IMG/VR virus record: IMGVR_UViG_2924263452_000001
Location: 32,001-96,000 of that record
Length of the DNA: 64,000 nt
DNA from: a virus
Taxonomy: Duplodnaviria; Caudoviricetes
Direction: 5' to 3' (one strand)
The position numbers were made by a program, and so were the translations under genes. Each line of letters starts with the position of its first letter. Positions within the stretch are counted from its first letter, which is position 1. The notes under the pieces are model-generated. The model did not search any database. It was given only the letters and a program-made list of their open reading frames with translations, and had not been told where the DNA came from. Shown one piece after another: positions 10,063-18,998 of the stretch.

Positions 10063-10250
10063 TTACTTTTCCTTTCTTCTCTTTCAATTTCTGTCAATCT
10101 CTCTTGTGTTCCGCCAAATTCGTAACACTTACATGGTTCATTATCAACAGATACATCTTTTCCGTATTTCTTTCCGAAACATCTTCCAAGCCATTCTTTT
10201 CTACATAGTTGGCAGTTATGCTTATTTTGTTCTGGCGTAATATGCATCAT
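10059..10250 (-). CDS. Hypothetical Cys-containing protein
   Basis: AGGAGG RBS, overlapping junctions. Confidence 0.5.
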   Translation of the reverse strand: MMHITPEQNKHNCQLCRKEWLGRCFGKKYGKDVSVDNEPCKCYEFGGTQERLTEIEREERKSK

Positions 10251-10990
10251 TATCCTCCTATTAATTGGCTCTCATTTTCCTTCAATACAAGCTGACAAGC
10301 AATTCCGCAATCTTCCATGACTTCTAAATCCATACGCCCACGTTTAGGATCAAGTTTATCTAGGAACACTCCCTTAATGCAGCTATGCCCTATTTCCCTT
10401 TCCTGTCTTGCCCTACGTTCGAACACCTCTGGGAAATCTACTCTAATCTTATTCCAATATCCCATACCGCCTTTTACGCATCCAATACAGTTATTATTTG
10501 GATATCCAAGATCATACATAACTGGACGTTTTAATCCCAGTTCTTTTGCAAGTGCATGACAATCTTCTTTTGTGAATCCATTTTCGATTAACGGAAATTC
10601 ATGGTCGTAGTCTGTCATAGTATTTACCAATCTGTCAGCTCTACGCTTTTCATTTAAGTCATATCCCCATACATAAGTATGGTGGTCAAAGTTTTGTGCT
10701 TCCCATTTCTTTCTTACTTCTTTCTTCAAAAATTTTGTACAAGGTGCGCCATACGGAGTATTGATGCAACGTGTTTTTTCAATAACATCATCTACTGACG
10801 CATATCTTTCAGACTGTAATATGGTTATTTTTCTTCCTAATAATTTCTCGCAATCATGCAGAAAGCGTAAACTATCTGGATGCTGATTCGGAACGTGAGT
10901 ATAAATAAGCTCATCAATATCCTTTGATAAATAACATGCTACAAAACTTGAAATTCCTGTACTAAACCAACAAACTTTCACACCAGCCAC
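10250..10990 (-). CDS. PP-loop / PAPS-reductase-like protein, probably DNA modification
   Basis: CWFSTGISS PP-loop variant, APCTKFLK, GYPNNNCIGCVKGG. Confidence 0.7.
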   Translation of the reverse strand: MAGVKVCWFSTGISSFVACYLSKDIDELIYTHVPNQHPDSLRFLHDCEKLLGRKITILQSERYASVDDVIEKTRCINTPYGAPCTKFLKKEVRKKWEAQNFDHHTYVWGYDLNEKRRADRLVNTMTDYDHEFPLIENGFTKEDCHALAKELGLKRPVMYDLGYPNNNCIGCVKGGMGYWNKIRVDFPEVFERRARQEREIGHSCIKGVFLDKLDPKRGRMDLEVMEDCGIACQLVLKENESQLIGG

Positions 10991-11225
10991 TAACCGAATC
11001 CGGTGAATGGCAATTTTGTGGATTGCTATGTTTCGTACAAGCCTTACGTTTAGGTTTTACTTTACTTGTACTTTAGTTCAAACAAATTATGAACTGTTAG
11101 CCACGATCAGAAATTTTCCGGGCGTATATCTCTTTTCTCCAACACCCAACCTAGTTTCACTAGGATAAGGTGTTACTCCCTTCTTTTTTATTGTTATTTA
11201 TTTTATTCATCTTTTATTAAACCTT

Positions 11226-11950
11226 TCATCCCCACTGATCCGCCATTGCTTTGGCGATTCCTGGGAATGTTTTACTTCTTGCTTTTGCTCTCCCGGCTTG
11301 ACCACCAGTTGTATTTTTGATTCCCTCACACCAACCAATCCTTTTGCCTTTGCATTTTTTACCTTGGCAAATATATTGTGGCTCTGGAACTGGCAAATTA
11401 TTTTTTCTGTCAAGCACTGGAAGATTTTTAAGCCATAAACATGTTCTCTTCTGGAAATAATTCTCCGCATCATTCTTGTTACTAGCAAAATAATACGGAT
11501 GAACAATTTGATTTGGCTTTCTCCAATGTGTATTCATATACCCCACTGGATTTTCAATTGCAATTTTCTCACAATCTGCATTTGCTATTTTTAAGAAAAA
11601 TTGTTCTGCCTCATTTCTTTTTTCTATTCTAGCGGCTACTTTTTCTGGTGGATTACACTTTAATGAGTAATGCCGTGTTCCTGCAGATGTAAGATATGTA
11701 CATGGTGGAAATGCAATTATTATATCCCATTTCCCGTCTATCTTATGTTTGATTCCATCTGTTGTCTCGAACTCACAATTTCCGTTCAACAAAGGAATAA
11801 CATCTCCCATAACGTGCCATTCTGGATGATTACCAGAACATTCAATTATGTCACAGCTATATGCTTCATGTCCTTTATTTCTAAACTCAATACATACTCT
11901 TTGTGATTCTTCACACGCCACTAATATTTTTAATCTATGTTGAAAACAAC
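11226..11950 (-). CDS. Phage DNA cytosine methyltransferase-like protein; start codon on an invertible segment
   Basis: LVACEESQ, AFPPCTYL, IENPVG, RSKTFPGIAKAMADQWG; in-frame stop upstream and no RBS-linked start. Confidence 0.75.
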
Positions 11951-12095
11951 TTTCATTTTATAGTTTAAAAATACGATGGTTGTCGTATTAGAAATCAGAT
12001 ATGAAAGAGTTTCTTCCTATTATATATAGAAACAGAATTGTGAAAGGACGATTAGAACGTGAGTTCAGAGACAGTAGATAAAAGTTGTTTTTTAT
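11939..12095. mobile_element. Invertible segment B (OFF orientation)
   Basis: Sites GTTGAA-AACAAC-TTTCAT (11939-11956) and ATAAAA-GTTGTT-TTTTAT (12078-12095); plus-strand AAGGA and GTG at 12059 become in frame after inversion. Confidence 0.75.
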
Positions 12096-12637
12096 CCTAC
12101 TTCATGCTCTTTTAACCATTTCTTGAATACTTCTATATCCGGCTCCCAGAAATAACAATCTTCTGGTTTGCCGAAAACAACGCATGTAATTTTTCCATCA
12201 ATGATGCAATTTTCGTGATGTGAGCAGTTTTCACAACATTTTTTAAATCTGCATCTTGATTCAGTTGTCGGATAACGTTCTAAGAGATAGTCCAATTTAT
12301 TCAAATCCCTGTTTATCTCTTCAACTCTCCGCTTTATGATGTTTTGCTGCTGATCCAAAGTTCTTTTATGTAACTGCAAAACTTCATATTCTCTTGCTTC
12401 TTTTTCATCAAGAAATATTGAATTACCAAGCTCTACCAGCTTATGAGAAACATTTGTTTTAAATCCCCATACTCTTACATTTCCGAAAAATTCAACATTT
12501 CTAATTTTACAAGCTGTAACTCCTTGTCGTGGAAAAATATGAAATGCATCCATTCCAACAATTTCTTCGAGTGAATTTATATTATGTTTCTGTAAATATT
12601 CACATACTTTTTCATATCCACTACCAAGCTGGATCAT
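12092..12637 (-). CDS. Hypothetical protein
   Basis: AAGGAGG RBS. Confidence 0.55.
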   Translation of the reverse strand: MIQLGSGYEKVCEYLQKHNINSLEEIVGMDAFHIFPRQGVTACKIRNVEFFGNVRVWGFKTNVSHKLVELGNSIFLDEKEAREYEVLQLHKRTLDQQQNIIKRRVEEINRDLNKLDYLLERYPTTESRCRFKKCCENCSHHENCIIDGKITCVVFGKPEDCYFWEPDIEVFKKWLKEHEVG

Positions 12638-12647
12638 CTTTTCCTCC

Positions 12648-13007
12648 TTATAGATTGAGTTCTTCCAGTAATGGCAGAATCTTATCTTCCATTTCTGGGA
12701 ACAATTTATATAATGTTTGCCGGGCTGTCATAGGCTTATCTGGTTTCGTGAACCTACAGCACTCCCAGTCAATAATCATCTGAATATAATCCGCTTTTGT
12801 TCGCGCTCTTATAGGATGATGTCTGGAATATTTTCTGTGAAATTTAGAGACTTTTTTCTCCCAGCTTTTCGGAGTCACCAAATATATAAAAACTTTATCA
12901 AGGTCATGCAAAAATCCTCGAACAGTATTATGACCAAGCAATTCCTTTTCCACTCTGAGAAATGCTCTCTTATGTTTCATCGTATATACAATGTGACTTC
13001 TATTCAT
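12648..13007 (-). CDS. HD-like DUF5662-type protein
   Basis: KHK...LHDLDK...HRKYSRHH...MIIDW motifs. Confidence 0.6.
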   Translation of the reverse strand: MNRSHIVYTMKHKRAFLRVEKELLGHNTVRGFLHDLDKVFIYLVTPKSWEKKVSKFHRKYSRHHPIRARTKADYIQMIIDWECCRFTKPDKPMTARQTLYKLFPEMEDKILPLLEELNL

Positions 13008-13377
13008 TCTCAGCTTCTTCTCTTTTCATTCCAATAACTACTAATGCATTTTCAATCACTGCTTTAAATTCATCAAGATCAAGCATTGTTCTTCTCAGAT
13101 TTTCCTTCAAATCCAGGCTAGAATCCAACCAAGCAACAAGATATTCTGATAATCCAGTGGCAGAATAACCTTCCACTTCAAGATCATTGTCAATTGTAAT
13201 GGCTGCTTTATTATTGTTTACTGGATGAAGTAATCCGTCATAACCGACAATAATTTTATCTCCGGCTTTTATCTGCAGAGTATTTTCTTTGTTTACATAC
13301 TCTCTGTCGCGATTTGCCATCAGAATGCTTCCTCTTGATACTTTTAAAGCATCTGTAGTTCCATCAACACTTTTCAT
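13000..13377 (-). CDS. Hypothetical protein
   Basis: GAGG RBS. Confidence 0.5.
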   Translation of the reverse strand: MKSVDGTTDALKVSRGSILMANRDREYVNKENTLQIKAGDKIIVGYDGLLHPVNNNKAAITIDNDLEVEGYSATGLSEYLVAWLDSSLDLKENLRRTMLDLDEFKAVIENALVVIGMKREEAENE

Positions 13378-13729
13378 CTTTTACCTCTTTTTCGTTATTA
13401 AATTCTTCCTCTTGCGAGTCCATAGAAAGAACTTTTTGTGCATCTCTATGTTTCCAATTCACTGTAGAACCATAAAATCCACGATTGTTTGTACGTCGTC
13501 TGGCTTTTGAATGATAAATAGGGATTTTCCCTTTTATATATTGCCCGTCACATTTAACACGTAATCGCTTGCCATTCTTTGCGTCATTCACTCCAATGTC
13601 CGTTGCGGTACGTTTTTTCTTTCGTGCTTTAGAAAAATTTTTCTTTCTTCGCCATCCAATAGTTCTCTCCATAAGCTTTCTCCTATCTGATTTGCTATAC
13701 TTCGCGCATTCTTTGCACTGCCAAATCAT
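13364..13729 (-). CDS. Basic hypothetical protein (start probably MERTIGW)
   Basis: ORF with AGGAG upstream of an internal ATG. Confidence 0.45.
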   Translation of the reverse strand: MIWQCKECAKYSKSDRRKLMERTIGWRRKKNFSKARKKKRTATDIGVNDAKNGKRLRVKCDGQYIKGKIPIYHSKARRRTNNRGFYGSTVNWKHRDAQKVLSMDSQEEEFNNEKEVKDEKC

Positions 13730-13795
13730 AATATTTTTGTTTCAATTCAACACCAACATGTCATATTATATAATTTGTTGTATATTTATTTCTTT

Positions 13796-14649
13796 TTACT
13801 TGATATAATCAATTAACATCTCATCTTTGGCTTTTTGATAAAATGTTCGGTCAATTTCAAATCCGTATGAACTTCTTCCTAACTCACAAGCTGCTCTCAA
13901 TGTGCTTCCGCTTCCGCAACAAGGATCAATCACAACATCGCCAGGATCGGTAAATGTTTCAATCAGTCTCTTCAATAGTGCAACTGGTTTCTGTGCAGGG
14001 TGAATCTTTGGTATTTCTTTTGTATCTTTTTCCCATGTGAACCAGTTAAATATCATATGTCCAGTCCCTCTGATTGTTTTTCCGTTCTCATCATATTGTG
14101 CGCCATTACGGAATTTAGGAAGTCTGTCTCTATATAAAAGTAATGCATATTCTGTAGCCCCTACAACTCTCATATTTGCTTTCAACACCTGTGGGCTATA
14201 ATTCTTAACAAACACAAGTGGTATGTAATGAACAAATCCGTGTTTCGCTGCTGCATTAATAAGTGTCTGAATTTGTTCAAATGAACAAAACACGATCATA
14301 CAAGGTGAATCACTACTTCTCCCACGAATAGATTTCTTTTTATCCTCTTTCTTTAACATTTTTGAACAAAAATGGAAATATTCGTAGAGATTAAAGTTAA
14401 AATCTGAATTAAACGCCGACTTTCCAGCTAACTTGCTTTCTCCGTTTTTGTTATCTCCACCTTTATACCACATAGGATTTGAACCATAAAAATTATTTCC
14501 CACATTATACGGCACATCTGCTATAATAAGTTGTGCGGGACGAATACCATACTTTTTATAATTCTGCATTGAGTCACGAAAAATTTCACATTTTATTCTC
14601 GGCTCAATTGTCCCCCCGTGTAAGATTGATTAGTCTCAAGATTATTCAA
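13796..14649 (-). CDS. N6-adenine/N4-cytosine DNA methyltransferase (beta class), 5' end frameshifted at G6 (14612-14617)
   Basis: ADVPY, HPAQKP, DPCCGSGST; TTG at 14649 with GGAG RBS joins TIEPRIKCEIFRDSMQNY only with one extra G. Confidence 0.8.
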
Positions 14650-14735
14650 CTCTTTTTCTCCTTTGGTTGCATATTTATTTAGTTTATCTTATATATAAGA
14701 AATACTGACTGGGTTTTCCCACTCAGCTTTCTTAT

Positions 14736-14764
14736 ATAATATCATATTAAGTTGTATGTGTCAA
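14736..14764 (-). promoter_or_regulatory. SigA-type promoter upstream of the methyltransferase block
   Basis: TTGACA-17bp-TATTAT with extended -10 TG. Confidence 0.7.
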
Positions 14765-14781
14765 TATTTATTTCGTTTATC

Positions 14782-15396
14782 TTATGTGCAATAAATCTTA
14801 TTTAACTTTTCTATAATTGCTATTTCTTCCTGTCGCTTTTCTTCTTCAAATTCTTCTTTAAAGGAATCGCGCCACTTTTTCATCTCACCTGTATTTTCTG
14901 GATCAATCCATTGTGAGATAATCTTTGCAATGTCATCACCACATTTTTCCCGTACAATATCAATAACATGTCGTTTATTTCCTACGGTATCAATTTGCCC
15001 ATCTGGTAATTGTACTAAATCCATTTCTTCTTCCTTTTCACAGTTCTTCTTTAAATAATAACGTGTCGCGTCTTGTGGATTTTCAATACCATTGTAATTT
15101 TCTATAATATATTTTCCCTTAATGCCTCTCTTTGTTACTGGTACAATTTTATTGCAAAATAAATTATAATCTATCCCTTTTTGAATATATGACTCTGTTA
15201 ATGCCATTGATCTGCTAGTACAATTAACATTAAAGAATCTAATCGACGTTCCATCTGTTAATATAATTTTTAATTGATTTCTATAAATGCGGAATAAACA
15301 ATATCTTGGATAACTGTCTAAAATTTTTTCAAATAATAGTTTCGCCCATTTTATATCGTAATACCAAATACCGATATTTCTTGCGAAATTATTCAT
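14782..15396 (-). CDS. Hypothetical protein
   Basis: 204 aa ORF with RBS. Confidence 0.55.
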   Translation of the reverse strand: MNNFARNIGIWYYDIKWAKLLFEKILDSYPRYCLFRIYRNQLKIILTDGTSIRFFNVNCTSRSMALTESYIQKGIDYNLFCNKIVPVTKRGIKGKYIIENYNGIENPQDATRYYLKKNCEKEEEMDLVQLPDGQIDTVGNKRHVIDIVREKCGDDIAKIISQWIDPENTGEMKKWRDSFKEEFEEEKRQEEIAIIEKLNKIYCT

Positions 15397-15455
15397 CCTT
15401 TATACTTTCCTCCAATTGCCATATAAGTCATTTGGCTATAACTCTTATGTACAAT

Positions 15456-15752
15456 TTATTTTACAAACTCTGCTGTTCCATCTTTATAACTCTTTAGTTT
15501 CCAACCTTTGCTATTAAACCACTTTTGTTTATACCCATACCTTTTTATCCATTTTTTATTTATTCTCTTTTTCTTATGCTTTTTCGCTTGTACAGTTTTT
15601 AAATATTGGATAGTGTATGAATCTGGTTTTCCTGAAATATCCACACCAAAGATTTTCAATAATTTATCTATATTAATACCTTTATCTGGTTCTAATGTGA
15701 ATGAACTCTCAACCATATCGAACCTTTTTACACATTTTTCTTCCATTTGCAT
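15456..15752 (-). CDS. Hypothetical basic protein
   Basis: KKHKKKRINKKWIKRYGY motif. Confidence 0.5.
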   Translation of the reverse strand: MQMEEKCVKRFDMVESSFTLEPDKGINIDKLLKIFGVDISGKPDSYTIQYLKTVQAKKHKKKRINKKWIKRYGYKQKWFNSKGWKLKSYKDGTAEFVK

Positions 15753-15783
15753 AAATTATTTCTTTGTCACCTTTCAAAATATA

Positions 15784-16727
15784 TTACTCAACTTCTACCC
15801 CTATATAATCCATTACATGTCTTATTCCTAATCCGCCATTTTCAATAGGTTTCATACAATAATTCCAAAGTTTCGGATGCGTCTTTTTGAGCATTTGGAA
15901 ACGATTTGGTTCTTTTTCAAGATGACAACCAAACCCGCACCAGACGCAGCCACTTCTTCTCACTCCTGTTGTATGATATTTTCCATCTTCAAACACAATA
16001 TCACCATAAACTGAAGCATATGGAATTTTCTTAGTGTACAAATATTCAAGTACATCCTGCTCAGTCCAGAATCCCATAGGCTGACTCTGTGGACGTTTTT
16101 TATTAAAGGCGTTACATCCAGTTTTCATGTAGTCATTTTTCCTTTTATGACTTTCTTCTGCCATTAAGCCTAAAATTGGATGCTTACCTGTTTCTTTTTC
16201 ATACTCTAATGATGGTTTCTTTTTCATGATCGTACAACACTTATCAGAAATCAAGAAATCTGCATCAAGCAAATATTCATACTTCTTAAAATTATACTGA
16301 GTAGAAAGCTCGCCCGTTTTAGGATTTATGTACTCTCCGTGTAATTGCTGCCATCTGGTATTCCCAGGCTTCGCATAATGGACTTTGTTCGCCACCTCTT
16401 TGCTGATTACCGGATAGCCGTATTTTTGCACAACCTTTTTAAAATTTTCCTTTGGTCGTAGCCATGTGACATTATCAATAGTTTTTACAAATTCACGAAG
16501 TTCCGGATATTCTAAGCCAGTGTCAGTATATACAGCTTCAATGTCAGGATATATCTTTCTTGCTATATCAAGTAATACTGTACTGTCTTTACCACCGGAA
16601 AAAGCCACATAAACCTCTCCGCCATAAAACTCATACCATTCACGTATACGATTTTCAGTCTTTTTTATTTTCAGTTCAAGGGGAAGTGTCTGCAGTATCT
16701 TAAGACTTTCTTCCGTGTAAATTCTGT
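15784..16727 (-). CDS. PAPS-reductase family (PP-loop, Fe-S) protein; start codon on an invertible segment
   Basis: AFSGGKDS, DTGLEYPE, CCTIMKK, RSGCVWC; frame is open upstream of 16608 to a TAG with no start codon. Confidence 0.8.
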
Positions 16728-16872
16728 TTTTATTATGGACTCTGGAAAGCCTTAACTACGGCATTCCAGAATTGTACATAATAAACAAACAGTTAGTAAT
16801 ATAAGAACAATTATAAAAGGAATAGCATATTTATGGGAAAAATTGAAATAAACAATAAAAACAGAATTTTAT
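16716..16872. mobile_element. Invertible segment C (OFF orientation)
   Basis: Sites TGTAAA-TTCTGT-TTTTAT (16716-16733) and ATAAAA-ACAGAA-TTTTAT (16855-16872), with a 16-bp perfect inverted repeat; plus-strand AAGGA and ATG at 16833 become in frame after inversion. Confidence 0.8.
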
Positions 16873-16930
16873 TTAGTTTTAATATCTATATATTGTGTCT
16901 GTGATATTTTCAAGCACCATATATTGTGTG

Positions 16931-17164
16931 CTAATCTTTCCAAATAAAAGATCCTTGCACAACAGCTAATAATGCAAATATGAAATACAACAGTAAACAT
17001 TTTCCACATATTTCCAAAAATGCAATAATCGTAAATCCTTTTGTCATAATCAACGTGCAAGTTAAATATGCCGGGCATATAGTCATACAGCACGACATAG
17101 CAGCCAACAAAAGAATAAAAACGATAATCTGTATGTACCTAACATACTTTTTTATATATTTCAT
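16931..17164 (-). CDS. Small membrane protein
   Basis: Hydrophobic ORF abutting the PARP stop codon. Confidence 0.45.
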   Translation of the reverse strand: MKYIKKYVRYIQIIVFILLLAAMSCCMTICPAYLTCTLIMTKGFTIIAFLEICGKCLLLYFIFALLAVVQGSFIWKD

Positions 17165-18373
17165 TTATCTCAGCTCCACAAGATATTTTATAGTACATTG
17201 TTCTTCTTTATAAACAATAATCTCATCATTCCTTAACATCTTCCCAGCATGGGCGTGTAAGCAGTTTGCTCCGGGGCATTCTTTTTGTAATCGTTCATAA
17301 TTAAAGTTATAATATTTGCTATCAAATGAATGTACATCATATGGTTTTCCATATGCCACATCCATAAGTGCCATAAATCCGAAGTTTTCATGCTGTCCAC
17401 TCCAATATCCATCAAGGCTTGTATAGCCTTTTGACTTCTGAGCTTTTGGGGCATAGTACAGACCATATCCAAACATTTTTCCTGTTATTACGGCATTTGT
17501 TGGTCGAAGAACCAAACCAGTATTAATAATTGACCACCAATTCTCGTTCCTGCTGCCATGCCATAAAAGCTTTCGTGTCTTGATATTTTCTTTTTCTACA
17601 AAGTCGTCAAATCTCTTTTGTGTACGAATGTTGCGAACTCTCCAAGCTTTATGGAATCTGTTGCTGATTTCGCCCAACTTACCTTTAATCATTTCCACTT
17701 CTGAAGCATCAACTTCTTCAAAAATCAGCCCCATTGCTTCAATGATTGTTTCTTCATTATTTTCTTCTACTTTTTCTGGCTCGTTTTGAACAGTGTGTGT
17801 AACAACCTGACCTCTCATAACGTCAAGAAGATCCTGTTCATCTTTCAGAATTTTTGCGAAGTCATCTTTTCTTTTTGAAAGGTAATCATTCACGTTTCCC
17901 ATTTTTCGTGGGATTACAGTAAATAATGTAAGGAGCGTATTATTGAAATCTTCTACAGTTTCTTTGTTCATAAGATTATCAATGACATTTTGTGCCTCGT
18001 CCACCATAGCTTGTGTTACTTGCTGCGAAGATACTTTGTAATTTGCCTGGATTTTCTGACGTGCCATATCTTGTAGCCTTTGAACAATTTCAGCAATTAC
18101 TTTGTTTTCAATTTTTTTATAGCCATCATTAGATTTTACTGGTTCTTTCTGAATAAGATCCTGAACTAAGTGTGTCTGATCGACATAGCCTTTTTTGATT
18201 TTTTCTTTATACTTTTTATCCCACTGTGACATTGAGTAGGAAGCGTGCTGGCAAGTTGCACCAACACGTCCATATTCAACTTCAAAGATATCGCCATGTG
18301 GAATCATCTTATAATATTTGTTATTATTGTTTCTCGTTACCATAAGAAGGTAAACTGGCGATTTTTCTGACAT
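17165..18373 (-). CDS. PARP-like ADP-ribosyltransferase (WGR + regulatory + catalytic domains)
   Basis: NNNKYY..YGRVG (WGR), LLWHGSR, GKMFGYGLYYA, NDEIIVY; H-Y-E triad present. Confidence 0.9.
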   Translation of the reverse strand: MSEKSPVYLLMVTRNNNNKYYKMIPHGDIFEVEYGRVGATCQHASYSMSQWDKKYKEKIKKGYVDQTHLVQDLIQKEPVKSNDGYKKIENKVIAEIVQRLQDMARQKIQANYKVSSQQVTQAMVDEAQNVIDNLMNKETVEDFNNTLLTLFTVIPRKMGNVNDYLSKRKDDFAKILKDEQDLLDVMRGQVVTHTVQNEPEKVEENNEETIIEAMGLIFEEVDASEVEMIKGKLGEISNRFHKAWRVRNIRTQKRFDDFVEKENIKTRKLLWHGSRNENWWSIINTGLVLRPTNAVITGKMFGYGLYYAPKAQKSKGYTSLDGYWSGQHENFGFMALMDVAYGKPYDVHSFDSKYYNFNYERLQKECPGANCLHAHAGKMLRNDEIIVYKEEQCTIKYLVELR

Positions 18374-18382
18374 TCTTACCTC

Positions 18383-18829
18383 CTACTGTATACAAACAAG
18401 AATCTGTACATCAGAATCCGCGAAAACAAATTCAAACATACTCCGCACATCGTCCCACTCTAAACCATTTCTGCCACAACAAATTTTCGGTATAGCCAAT
18501 TTTTTAATCATCTTTGCGTCCATCTGATCTCTCATATTTACAATAGCATCCAGAAGTCTGTCAGAGTCCGGCTTGTTATAACTGTTTTCTTTTACAATCA
18601 AATTAAAAACATTATCAACAAGAATGGCTTCACCAAGTTCAATGTCAACATTATCTGTATAGTCATCTACATAGGACGCTTCAATTTTCTCTTTCATTCC
18701 ATACATTCTCTCAAAGAGTGCCGGAAGTCCTGTGGAAAAATTGAGATCTTTTGAAATCCCCTGTGCCAGATAATAGCTCTGTGGTGCGCTCATAATATTC
18801 AAATCAATTTCAATCATCTTCATATTCAT
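18383..18829 (-). CDS. Macro domain protein (TARG1/Poa1-like)
   Basis: LAQGISKD, VFNLIVKE, LAIPKICCGRNGLEW. Confidence 0.75.
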   Translation of the reverse strand: MNMKMIEIDLNIMSAPQSYYLAQGISKDLNFSTGLPALFERMYGMKEKIEASYVDDYTDNVDIELGEAILVDNVFNLIVKENSYNKPDSDRLLDAIVNMRDQMDAKMIKKLAIPKICCGRNGLEWDDVRSMFEFVFADSDVQILVCIQ

Positions 18830-18998
18830 AATCTCCTTTATTTTGTATGTCTTTTACGGTAATCATTTTCATACGCCTCATTGCAAGACATTTCACCAAA
18901 AACTACTCTCTTATCCTCGTTGTATTTGCAAGTTTTACAATCGCGGGCAATGCAATATTTATCGAATAATTTAGCAATATGTTTATTCATTATTTTTA

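Noticed and set aside
10985-11105. Fourth inverton upstream of the PP-loop gene
   Set aside because: Only a 5-bp inverted match (CTAAC/GTTAG) and no ATRAAA-N6-TTTYAT arms.
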